Assembly (NCBI GenBank): GCA_964352165.1
Contig: CAYGRH010000001.1
Span: 1-39,223, forward strand
Length of the DNA stretch: 39,223 nucleotides
Reading direction: 5' to 3'
DNA from: an uncultured Hyphomicrobiaceae bacterium
GTDB lineage: Bacteria > Pseudomonadota > Alphaproteobacteria > Rhizobiales > Hyphomicrobiaceae
The notes beneath the pieces were generated by a model. It was given only the letters and a program-made list of their open reading frames with translations. It searched no databases and was not told the origin of the DNA. The position numbers and the translations under genes are program-made. Below, piece by piece: positions 1 through 8,539 of this stretch (positions are counted from its first letter, which is position 1; the number at the start of each line of letters is the position of its first letter).

Positions 1-54
1 AGCAGCGGATTGAAAATCCGCGTGTCGGTGGTTCAAATCCGCCCCTGGGCACCA
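1..54 (+). tRNA. tRNA-Phe (anticodon GAA), 3' portion; the 5' part lies outside the window
   Basis: Anticodon stem-loop gcgga-TTGAAAA-tccgc with GAA at positions 34-36. Variable loop gtgtc. T arm ggtgg-ttcaaat-ccgcc. Acceptor 3' strand cctgggca plus CCA, ending at 54. Confidence 0.9.
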
Positions 55-1588
55 TCCCGAACATGTTATCGTTCGATCCCGACAAAGCTGTGAAAATACA
101 AGAGGTTGGGGCGGTTCGATAGCCGCCGTTTCGGCTGTATGGAAGCTTGCCGGTGAAAGCAAGTTTCAGGAACAGATTGCGGTCTGCAGGATCACCGGAA
201 GCCCAGATTTTACAGGGGTTTGAGAGGAACTGCAGCGCGGTTCGATAAGTCTCTTCGAAGTCGCCCCTCACCGGCCCCTCATTTTTCAGTTTTTCGGCCA
301 GGACCAGCTTGCGCTCCTGCAGCTTGCGCAGCTGACCCTCGAACATGGTGCCAAGCGTGGCATCGTCGGTCTCGATCAGCCGGGCCATCAGGCGCTCGCT
401 CTGCCGCTCGACCTTTGCGAGCTCTTCGCGAATGCCTCTGCCATGCGTCGCTGCCTTGGCCTGATTGAGCGTCCACGCCTCTTTCAAAAGATCGCGCAGC
501 AGGACGAACGCTTTCGGATCGGGCTGCAACCGTGCGATCAGATGCTCAAAGGCTGTCTCGACATCTTCTTTGCGGATGTTCTTGCGGTGCGCGCTGCAAC
601 TCTTCTGCTGGCAGAAGTAATAGCCGTAGTGCCGCGCCCGGCCTTTTGAGTAGGCGGCAGTGAGCGGATGATTGCACTCGGCGCAGGAGACGAAGCCGCG
701 CAGCAGGAAGTCTTGCGTGGTTGATTTGCGCACTGGTGCCTTGGCAGGACCGTTGAGGCGCTCCTGCACCCTCTGGAACGTCTCAAAGCTTACGAGCGCC
801 TCATGCTTGCCCGGAACGAGGCTCAGGCCCCACTGGGGGATGTCGATGTATCCGGCATAGATGGGCCGTTCGAACAACTCGCGAATGCGCTGCAAGTAAA
901 TGCGCCCGTTCTGCCAGAGCGGAAAATCCGGAAAGCGTTCCAGATAGCGGGCAACTTCGGCCTGCGTCTCCAGCCGCCCGTCGGCAAAGCGTTCCAGACA
1001 ATCGCGGATGATGGAGGCGGCAGGATCATCGGGCACCAGCATCTTGCCGTGACCGCTGATCCGTTCATAGCGATAGCCCAGCGGCGGAATGAAGACGTAA
1101 TAGCCATTCTGGGCGCGGGCGCGCATCCGGTTCTTGGTCTGCTCGGCGTTTTTCTGGCGCTGATGCTGCGAGACCGAAGCCAGCATGTTCTCGACCAGCT
1201 TGCTGTCGGAATCCTCGCCGAATTCGATGGACGGGCTTTCGAGCTTACCGCCCGCCTCGCCGATCGCGGCGCGCAGCTGAATATGCGCCATCAGATCGCG
1301 CGCCAGGCGGCTGATGTCATCGATAATCACGATGTGAGTGTGGCGGCGTTTGTTTGCCTTGAGGAAGGCCAGCATGGCCTGCATGCCGGGCCGGTCGATG
1401 AGACCGCCGGAGACGCCTTCGTCGGTAAAGACCTTGACCGCTTCGTAGCCCTTGTAGGCGGCGTATTCCCGGCAGCGCGTCTCCTGCGATCCCAGACCAT
1501 GGCCCTGCTTGACCTGCTTCACCATGGAAACGCGGCAGTAGATCACGGCTTTAGGGGCGGTCTGGGGAAGCGGGGCGGCGGTCGTCAC
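1..1588 (-). CDS. Large serine recombinase (resolvase-type catalytic domain, recombinase domain, Zn ribbon, coiled coil). No stop codon occurs before the window edge.
   Basis: Manual translation from GTG at 1588 gives VTTAAPLPQTAPKAVIYCRVSMVKQ...GLGSQETRCREYA...IVIIDDISRLARD...QRQKNAEQTKNRM...GFVSCAECNHPLTAAYSKGRARHYGYYFCQ...KLAFTGKLPYSRNGGYRTAPTS...MVPRGGFEPPTRGFSIRC. The frame stays open through 1-300, checked codon by codon. It is absent from the ORF track, presumably because it has no stop in the window. The + strand ORF 803-1621 is its antisense shadow. Confidence 0.9.
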   Translation of the reverse strand, partial: MTTAAPLPQTAPKAVIYCRVSMVKQVKQGHGLGSQETRCREYAAYKGYEAVKVFTDEGVSGGLIDRPGMQAMLAFLKANKRRHTHIVIIDDISRLARDLMAHIQLRAAIGEAGGKLESPSIEFGEDSDSKLVENMLASVSQHQRQKNAEQTKNRMRARAQNGYYVFIPPLGYRYERISGHGKMLVPDDPAASIIRDCLERFADGRLETQAEVARYLERFPDFPLWQNGRIYLQRIRELFERPIYAGYIDIPQWGLSLVPGKHEALVSFETFQRVQERLNGPAKAPVRKSTTQDFLLRGFVSCAECNHPLTAAYSKGRARHYGYYFCQQKSCSAHRKNIRKEDVETAFEHLIARLQPDPKAFVLLRDLLKEAWTLNQAKAATHGRGIREELAKVERQSERLMARLIETDDATLGTMFEGQLRKLQERKLVLAEKLKNEGPVRGDFEETYRTALQFLSNPCKIWASGDPADRNLFLKLAFTGKLPYSRNGGYRTAPTSCIFTALSGSNDNMFGMVPRGGFEPPTRGFSIRC

Positions 1589-1866
1589 GTCTGGGCTGTT
1601 CCTTTCAGTTTTTGGGCTTGAGCGTTGTCGTTGGCGGCTTGGGGCAGCGCGTTCCCAACTGGGTCTAATTCTACCATTTCTCTGGGATCATTGCCATTTT
1701 TACCGGGCAATTCTGTCCACAATTGCTGGCCAGGCGAGACGCCGAAAGCCTGATCGGCAAAGCCTTGGGCGATGGTCCACATGGCCTCGATGGCCGCGAG
1801 TTTTTCTGCCTCGCTGGCATCGAAATCATTGAGATGAGACAGGTAGGTTTTGGGGTCGAATGCCAT
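1585..1866 (-). CDS. Hypothetical small protein, translationally coupled to the serine recombinase
   Basis: ORF-track frame from internal Met MAFDPKTYLSHLNDFDASEAEKLAAIEAMW. Its TGA overlaps the recombinase GTG in a GTGA overlap at 1585-1588. No family recognised. Confidence 0.5.
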   Translation of the reverse strand: MAFDPKTYLSHLNDFDASEAEKLAAIEAMWTIAQGFADQAFGVSPGQQLWTELPGKNGNDPREMVELDPVGNALPQAANDNAQAQKLKGTAQT

Positions 1867-1983
1867 GCGCGCGGGGCCTCCTCTGATCCCGCGCGCGTTC
1901 ATGCGCACCGGATCGTTTCATAAGGGTTGAATACGCGGCAAGCGTAGCGTTGTGCGCGTCATCCTCTGGGGGAAAGGGGCCGA

Positions 1984-2484
1984 TCAGAACAGCGCAAGTT
2001 GTTCATGCGTTTGCATCTCCAGCGCTGCCATTAGCTGCCGCGCAGCGGTCGCATCCGGGCCATTGCCGGCGGCGATTGCGAGAAATCTCTACCGTAATTG
2101 CGCCATTGCCATGCTGCGGGCATCGGCGCGGCTTTCGAATGCGAAACTGTTCCAGACAGACGGCGCACTTCCTGCGCCGGAGTTCGGCAAGTGATAGTCT
2201 GTGGCAAACGCCCAAAGGCCGGACGGGGCGCATGCCAGTTCAATGTCCGCATGCGAGCGCCCGGCCTCAATGCGGATGACATCGTCCGGCGGGTCAAAGA
2301 CACCGCAGTCATTGATGCGCTGGTGCTCCGGCGTGATGCCCCAGAGCGCGGCAACGTCCCACATCGCCTGATCGATGACGTGATAGCGGGGCCCGTGCGC
2401 TTTGCGGATGGCGGCTTGCGCCGGGCGCAGATCAAGCGCTGCGATGCCAAGCGGTCCGATTGTGATGCGCTGGCAAGCTGTCAT
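1984..2484 (-). pseudogene. Conserved-looking hypothetical gene interrupted by one in-frame TAG at 2089-2091
   Basis: MTACQRITIGPLGIAALDL...SMAMAQLR, then TAG, then the same frame continues as RFLAIAAGNGPDATAARQLMAALEMQTHEQLALF to TGA at 1984-1986. The start forms an ATGA overlap with the upstream 64-aa ORF. Confidence 0.5.
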
Positions 2485-2675
2485 GACCGGCTCTTTCGCT
2501 CGGCGCGCGCAATTGCAGGCACGGCGCAATCATTCCACCACCGGGTAAACCGGGCGATGGTCTCGCGGCGGTCCTGCTCTGTCGCCGTGCTCAAAAGATT
2601 GTGCTGCCTCTTGATCCGGCTTGCGGCCTTCAGGGCTTGCAACAGGATTTCGGTTTCATCGGCAGACATAGGCAA
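2481..2675 (-). CDS. Hypothetical 64-aa protein in the ardA operon
   Basis: ORF track. Its start overlaps the ardA stop and its stop overlaps the next start (ATGA). No family recognised. Confidence 0.4.
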   Translation of the reverse strand: MPMSADETEILLQALKAASRIKRQHNLLSTATEQDRRETIARFTRWWNDCAVPAIARAERKSRS

Positions 2676-3162
2676 GCCTCCGTCCGTCGATATGGATCAT
2701 GGCAAACTCAACCGCCAGATCGCGGGCGATGGCCTCATAGTCGATGTAATGGGCAAGATGCGCCGGGATCTCGCCATAGAGCGCTTCATCAACAAACTGC
2801 TCGGCTAGCTCTCGCAAGGACCCTGCTTCGTACAGATCCACCTCGAAATCGTCCGGCTCCACGCTTGCCGGATCGAAGCTGTAGCCGCATTCACCCACGG
2901 CGATGATGAAGCGCAGTTTTTGATCCTCTGACCAGTCGCCTGCCACTTCAAGAAAGCGGGAAAAATTGCACTGGCTCAGGCCCCAGGCATTAGCCAGCGC
3001 GGCATCGATGCGCTCACCGTCAATGAACTGGATTTCGAATTCTTTCACGGGCTGACCGTGGTCGTTTCGCAAGGCTGCCGCCTTGGCGGCGTAGCTTTCC
3101 GCGTCGTCAAAATAAAAGCCGCTCGCACTGATGTCGTAGGGCTGGGCGTAAAGTGTCGTCAT
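2656..3162 (-). CDS. ardA: ArdA-family antirestriction protein
   Basis: From internal Met MTTLYAQPYDISASGFYF. Acidic protein with the C-terminal motif YGEIPAHLAHYIDYEAIARDL, which resembles the ArdA/Tn916 Orf18 motif GEVPASLQNYIDYQAYGRDL as recalled from memory. Confidence 0.8.
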   Translation of the reverse strand: MTTLYAQPYDISASGFYFDDAESYAAKAAALRNDHGQPVKEFEIQFIDGERIDAALANAWGLSQCNFSRFLEVAGDWSEDQKLRFIIAVGECGYSFDPASVEPDDFEVDLYEAGSLRELAEQFVDEALYGEIPAHLAHYIDYEAIARDLAVEFAMIHIDGRRLAYVCR

Positions 3163-3559
3163 GGCTCTCGATCCTTTCAAAAGAGGGGTTCGCATGAACC
3201 CTTCTGGCCCTCGCCGAGAGCGGGGGTAGCAAGCGCAAGGAGGCTCCGGCCGAGGGGCCCCGCCTTCTTCAGGCGGGGAGACGGCTGGATGCCTTGCGCG
3301 CGCGAGGGGCGGCTGCCCCTGAGCACAAGACTGGCGTTCAATTTGCTGATGGTTTGATGGAGTATTGTTGCCCTGCGTCCGCGTCAGGGATGGAAGCCCG
3401 AAGGGCCGAGACGAGCCTCAAGCGCAGGCTCGGCGCGTGACAGCCCGGTCGCTGGCCGGACCTGCCAGCGAGGCGCTAGTCAAATGAACTTCAGGCCCAG
3501 ACCGTGTAATAAGAAGTGAAGTCTACGTCAAAACAGAACCGAAAGCCGACATTTAGTAC

Positions 3560-4034
3560 CCGCTGCGATTGGCCCCAACACACCAGTTCGGATTGCAAGC
3601 AGGCGCTTTAAGGCAGTCTCTGGCTCAAAGCGTCGTTAAGCGCGTGGTCAGCGACCTCCCAAAACTGGGGCTAACGCGTCGGAATTCTCGCTTCGAACTC
3701 AGACTGGCTGCTCTTGAAGGTCAATCTGACGCGGCCGACTTGGACGACCGCTGCCCCCATGATTCTCAGCCGAAATAGAGTCGGCCCGCTGCACCTGTGC
3801 CCGACATTGAGCCGTTGGACATTTGCACCGCAACGAGGTCGAACTTAACTTCATCCGCGGTCGCCGCCCGGCCAGCTGCTTTTTGCCAGCTACCAGAAAG
3901 TCTTTCGACCAGCGATAGCAGAGGTACTAGTTGATGCCCTCCTTGAGGCACAACTCGGCGATTATTTCCTTACCTGGCAGGACTTCGAGCACGATGCGGC
4001 TCTCCTCCTCGGAAGAGAACTTGCCGCGCGTCAC
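3560..4034 (-). pseudogene. Decayed IS3-family orfA (HTH transposase N-terminal part); no orfB
   Basis: Minus strand from GTG at 4034 reads VTRGKFSSEEESRIVLEVLPGKEIIAELCLKEGIN, then TAG (3927-3929), then YLCYRWSKDFLVAGKKQLAG. The continuation AATADEVK lies in a shifted frame (track ORF 3766-3951). The lower boundary is approximate. Confidence 0.45.
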
Positions 4035-4432
4035 TCTAGGAATATTCCAGCCGGCCGCGTCTGCGCTTCCCGGACGGCGCCCATTCCTGTCAGCCACCGG
4101 CTCCCTCCCAGGGGCTACGAAAAACCGGAATTTTTCTCTACGACAATCAGCTCAAACTGCCCCGAGGGCGCTGACGGGGGAACAGTCTGTATTCGCAATA
4201 TCATACGCTCAATAACAAAACGCACAAATTTCCAATTTTAAAAGCTGCGTGTACCAATAGTCCAATCCACCCGCATGTTGGCGAAGTTGCTAGGCAAATA
4301 CCTAGAATTGATACCCAACACCAATGCTTTCGTGAATAACTCCTAGGAACCTTCCCAATTCGCGCAATGCGAACGAATCAAACAGCAAGCTTTGTGGTTA
4401 TTTTCCGACACCAAAATAATTAGGAGGTGTCG

Positions 4433-5707
4433 ATGACATTCATTGAAAGTACATCCCCGTTCAATACGCTCGTAAATACGCCCAGAGATCCAGCCTTCTT
4501 AATTAAAAAGGTTGAAACGTATTACAGGGACCGGTTGAATAACACTTGGAACGGCGTCCATCCCATGAAAGGTAAGGCCCCAGGCCCATCCGATATCCAA
4601 GTCCGCACAAACGACTATCTCTGCTTAGCGTCTGACCCAAGAGTTATTGCCGCCGAAGTCAATCATTTGGAGGTTCATGGCCACGGTGAATCTGTGTCGA
4701 GAATATGGCTACATCACCAGAATGACATCTTACACCAATTCGAGGATAGGGTAGCTAATTTATTGGAAGCAGAAGCGGCCGTCCTTTGTAATTCAGGCTA
4801 TTGCGCTAATGTTGGCTTAATTCAATCTATTGTGGAACCTGGGTCTCCCGTCTTTATCGATATGAAAGCCCACGCATCGCTTTGGGAAGGTATAAAAAGT
4901 GCAGGTGCCAGGGCAATTCCGGTTCGCCATAATGATGCAGAGCACCTTTCCCGGCAAATCAAGAAAGAGGGGCAGGGAGTTATCGTTGTCGATGCCGTTT
5001 ATAGTATAGATGGAGATGTCTGCCCACTGAGAGAGTTTGTAGAGGTTTGCGAGCGTCATGGCTGCGCAATAATCGTGGATGAAACGCATTCATTCGGAAC
5101 ACAGGGGCGCTATGGCGCTGGGTTGACCGTCGCCCTAGGTCTTGCGGACCGAGTCCACTTTCGAACCATCGGGCTCTCTAAAGCGGTTCCATGTCGTGGG
5201 GGGCTGGTTATCTGCTCGCAACGGAATGCAGAGTTCCTCAGATACGAATCGCTCCCTGCGATTTTCAGCACGACGGTGCTCGGGCACGAAGTTGCGGCCT
5301 ATAACAAAGTGCTCGACATTTTTGCCAGCGAGCCGTGGCGGCGAAGCAAATTGCATAGCAACCACCGGCGGATACACGCAGCCCTAGATCAACTCGGTTA
5401 CAACGTGCAGGTTTCACGGTCCCAAATCATTGCGCTCGAGGCTGGGTCGATCTTGACAACGGTTAAGTTAAGAGACGCACTAGAACGGCGCGGGTTGTTT
5501 GGAGCCTTGTTTTTCCCGCCAGCGACCCCGGAAAAACGCTGCCTCATCCGCTTCACGGTTAATTGTGGATTGTCACCGGACGACATTAACCGAATCATAT
5601 CGATCTGTGCCGATGTGCGAACAGAAGTCGGCATGGAGCAATGGCCGTCCACGCGACGCAAGCATAAAGAAAACAGCCGTTCCAATTTAGGGGCTGTTGC
5701 GGCATAA
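4433..5707 (+). CDS. cqsA: CqsA/LqsA-type alpha-hydroxyketone autoinducer synthase (PLP-dependent, class I/II aminotransferase fold)
   Basis: AGGAGG lies 5 nt upstream of the ATG. Motifs TNDYLCLASDP, GYCANVGLIQSI, FIDMKAHASLWEGI, VVDAVYSIDG, VDETHSFGTQGRYGAGL, LPAIFSTTVL, SQIIALEAG and GLFGALFFPPATPEKRCLIRFTVN track V. cholerae CqsA segment by segment (from memory). Confidence 0.85.
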   Translation: MTFIESTSPFNTLVNTPRDPAFLIKKVETYYRDRLNNTWNGVHPMKGKAPGPSDIQVRTNDYLCLASDPRVIAAEVNHLEVHGHGESVSRIWLHHQNDILHQFEDRVANLLEAEAAVLCNSGYCANVGLIQSIVEPGSPVFIDMKAHASLWEGIKSAGARAIPVRHNDAEHLSRQIKKEGQGVIVVDAVYSIDGDVCPLREFVEVCERHGCAIIVDETHSFGTQGRYGAGLTVALGLADRVHFRTIGLSKAVPCRGGLVICSQRNAEFLRYESLPAIFSTTVLGHEVAAYNKVLDIFASEPWRRSKLHSNHRRIHAALDQLGYNVQVSRSQIIALEAGSILTTVKLRDALERRGLFGALFFPPATPEKRCLIRFTVNCGLSPDDINRIISICADVRTEVGMEQWPSTRRKHKENSRSNLGAVAA

Positions 5708-5714
5708 AATTCGG

Positions 5715-7082
5715 TTAGGCAACACATCTTGAGCGAGCCGATCCTTGCTGATCATTTGAACCGATTGGCGGCTCGCTTGGGACAACTGGTGGCAATTCGA
5801 TAATAATAGTTGTTCCCTCACCCAAAACAGTCTGGAAATGTATTGATCCTTGGAAGCTCTCCACAACATGCTTGCAGAATGCTAACCCAAGTCCGGTGCC
5901 TTCCATATATCGACCGCTTGTAGCAAAAGGAGTGAACACCGATTTCTGGATCTCCTTTGGAATGCCCGGGCCGTTGTCATTCACAATCAGGCTATTAACC
6001 CCGTCAATGCAATTGGTGGTTATAGTAATCATGTCACCTCTATCGACAGAAATCATCGCAAGGGAGTTCTTTAGGAGATTGAACAACACATGGACAAACA
6101 AAACCTTCGATCCAAAAAAATCAAAATCATGGTCAATATCCACGCGAACGGCCTCACGCTCACCTTTCCTAAAGGGATATCGAGCGATAGCATCCCGTAT
6201 TACGTCTCCAATTTTTGAGACCTGAAATTCCTCCTTGCTGAATCGGTCATGTTTTACCTTCAATAAGATCATATCAATCGCCATGCAGGCTCCTTCGGAA
6301 TGCTGCAAGATTCGAAGCAATGCTCCGCGGACGTCGCTATCGATCTCGACGAGTTCTTCAAGCTCAGATGAGGTCCCCTCGGCAGACAGGCCCGCCACCT
6401 TACTAATGACTTCATAGTCCTCTTGAATCCGCTCACAATCGAGTCTGATCCCAAGCAAAGGCGTCCTCATCTCATGAGCGATATTCGAAGCCAGCGCCTG
6501 GGCAGCGAGCAGTCTTTCGCCCGAAATTTGACGTTCACTATAGGTAAGAAAACCGATGGCAGAAATTGCGAACGCGTATATTGGGATACTCAAGAGAAAC
6601 GGCTCAGGTAGTGCCACCCATCCCTCCAGCGCAAGATATGCCGAAACGGCAGCCAAGTTTCCAACTACGAGAACGACCATCCCATTACGAAAGTCGTATA
6701 GTTGAACCACGAACAAAGTGGCAACCGTGGTAGACATTAACCAGGCATTGCTCCCATTATTCATCAAGAGCATGAATGTGAAGAAGAAGGGAAGACTGAA
6801 CAGGAGCGAAAAATACCCGAAGGCAAGATAGTACGGCTTAAGTTTTTCCGGCCACCAGCGCTCCGCTGCGAGGACCGAGCAAAAAAGCATACTGACTAAA
6901 CGAAGTTCGGGCGATTCGTATTCCTGCTTAAGCCAATATGTCCAAACCAAATAGTAGATGGGATGCGCACCCAATCCGAGAAGCCCGATGTAAGGCAGCT
7001 TGAACGGCGCGCGCTCGTGAAAACTGGCGTAAGATGCCTTAAGAGTTCCAATAGCCTTCTGGAGAAGTTGAAGTGGACTCAT
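5715..7082 (-). CDS. lqsS: Six-TM sensor histidine kinase of the CqsS/LqsS type, without a receiver domain
   Basis: Six hydrophobic segments in the first ~190 aa. H-box NIAHEMRTPLLGI and an HATPase region GPGIP...GTGLGLAFCKHVVESFQGSI. Convergent with cqsA, with only 7 nt between the stop codons. Confidence 0.75.
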   Translation of the reverse strand: MSPLQLLQKAIGTLKASYASFHERAPFKLPYIGLLGLGAHPIYYLVWTYWLKQEYESPELRLVSMLFCSVLAAERWWPEKLKPYYLAFGYFSLLFSLPFFFTFMLLMNNGSNAWLMSTTVATLFVVQLYDFRNGMVVLVVGNLAAVSAYLALEGWVALPEPFLLSIPIYAFAISAIGFLTYSERQISGERLLAAQALASNIAHEMRTPLLGIRLDCERIQEDYEVISKVAGLSAEGTSSELEELVEIDSDVRGALLRILQHSEGACMAIDMILLKVKHDRFSKEEFQVSKIGDVIRDAIARYPFRKGEREAVRVDIDHDFDFFGSKVLFVHVLFNLLKNSLAMISVDRGDMITITTNCIDGVNSLIVNDNGPGIPKEIQKSVFTPFATSGRYMEGTGLGLAFCKHVVESFQGSIHFQTVLGEGTTIIIELPPVVPSEPPIGSNDQQGSARSRCVA

Positions 7083-7218
7083 TTGAACCCTCGAATCAGT
7101 TCCTGGGACGCAATCCTTGCATCGGCCGGCCAGTTTGAGTTTCTAGGTGATTTAAATATCGGGCGCCCAAGCTGCAACCAGTCAGTTCTGGGTCAGTTCC
7201 AGCAAATGGATAGGGACT

Positions 7219-8169
7219 ATGCTGCCTCTTTATTACCCTACAACAGTTCTCGCGGTTGACGACGACAATGAATTTCTTGCGAGCTTTGAATACCGCTATC
7301 GGCGAAAATTCAAGTGTCATCTTACAAGCTCGCCCAGTGCTGCAATAGAACTCATAACCCAAGATGATAAAAAATTTCAAGAAAAGGTTCTGCTCAGCCA
7401 GTTTGGAGACATTGAGGGAGAAGAAGGCCCCAATATCGTTACACTGCGGCTATCGGAAATTGCTGCGATATCCGAGGCTCCTGACCACAGTGATAAAATA
7501 AGTGTTGTGGTAGTCGACTATGCCATGCCCGAAATGACAGGGGTAGAATTTTGCCGAGCTGTTGCCGATTGCAAGGTGAAGCGCCTGCTCTTGACAGGGA
7601 AAGCTGGATTGGAGCTTGCTGTGGACGCTTTCAACGAGGGGTTGATTGAATCTTTTGTTTTGAAGGGAGCTGCTGACGTTGGTTCAAAGATTGAGCGCGA
7701 AGTGAGAAGACTGCAGAACTTATTCTTTAAAGACGTAGCCGCCCCCATTACATCAATCAAAAATCTTCATGATTTTGAGTTCTTCCGGGACAAGGACTTT
7801 TGCCGACTCTTCGACAGACTGAAAAATGAGCTAAAAATATCTGAATACTTTCTTTCTGCATTTCCGCCAGGGTTAATAATCGTATCGCGTGATGGAAAAA
7901 AAAGGCTGCTACTTGTTTACAGTAAAGACATTATGCGCGCTCAATTCGAAACGGCGCTTCATGCAGAAGCGCCGTCGGAGTTATTGAGTATACTCGAAAG
8001 CAAGTCAGGAATTGTGGCATTTCCAGCTCCAATGGGGTTTTATAAAGAAACGTTTGCGGCGGTATGGGAAGACTACGTGTTTCCCTCGCAGCATGTGGCG
8101 GGCAGCGATCGGTGGTGGTGGACGATAGTCGAACCAATTGGTGATTTGAGCATGTTCAGGCCCCGCTGA
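7219..8169 (+). CDS. lqsR: LqsR-like response regulator: receiver domain with a large insertion plus an uncharacterised C-terminal domain
   Basis: VLAVDDDNEFL ... ISVVVVDYAMPEMTGVEF ... LLLTGKA gives the receiver signature, with the phospho-Asp near residue 100 after a ~40-aa insertion. There is no recognisable DNA-binding output. It is syntenic with the cqsA and lqsS homologues. Confidence 0.6.
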   Translation: MLPLYYPTTVLAVDDDNEFLASFEYRYRRKFKCHLTSSPSAAIELITQDDKKFQEKVLLSQFGDIEGEEGPNIVTLRLSEIAAISEAPDHSDKISVVVVDYAMPEMTGVEFCRAVADCKVKRLLLTGKAGLELAVDAFNEGLIESFVLKGAADVGSKIEREVRRLQNLFFKDVAAPITSIKNLHDFEFFRDKDFCRLFDRLKNELKISEYFLSAFPPGLIIVSRDGKKRLLLVYSKDIMRAQFETALHAEAPSELLSILESKSGIVAFPAPMGFYKETFAAVWEDYVFPSQHVAGSDRWWWTIVEPIGDLSMFRPR

Positions 8170-8219
8170 TATCTTTCGGAAGTAATCACCAAAATTGGAT
8201 AGTCCTGCTGCGTACAATA

Positions 8220-8507
8220 CTAATCAATTATACGCTGGCGGAGTGCGTAGGCAACTGCTTGTATCCTGGTTTTCACCTCGAGTTTTCGCTTGATGTTCTC
8301 GACATGATAATTGATGGTCTTAGGGCTAAGATTCAACTCTTGGCCAATTTGACTGTCGGACATACCCTCTGCAATCAGCGTCAGTATCGTAACTTCTCGG
8401 TTAGTGTAAATGCTTGCCGGAGTTTTATGAGGCATTGATTGTAACCTGATCACGCCGGTAACAGGGGTCCGCCCTGCAACATCCCTCAGTCGGTGATGCT
8501 GATTCAA
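8220..8507 (-). CDS. Small LuxR/GerE-type HTH regulator (HTH domain only)
   Basis: TNREVTILTLIAEGMSDSQIGQELNLSPKTINYHVENIKRKLEVKTRIQAVAYAL. Confidence 0.75.
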   Translation of the reverse strand: MNQHHRLRDVAGRTPVTGVIRLQSMPHKTPASIYTNREVTILTLIAEGMSDSQIGQELNLSPKTINYHVENIKRKLEVKTRIQAVAYALRQRIID

Positions 8508-8539
8508 TAAAGGACCGGTCTTGTCGCCACCAAGACACG

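Noticed and set aside
803-1621. 272-aa + strand ORF
   Set aside because: It lies antisense to the serine recombinase, whose minus-strand translation carries every expected recombinase motif. The + strand product is low-complexity and Ala/Gly/Leu-rich, as expected for a GC-rich antisense frame.
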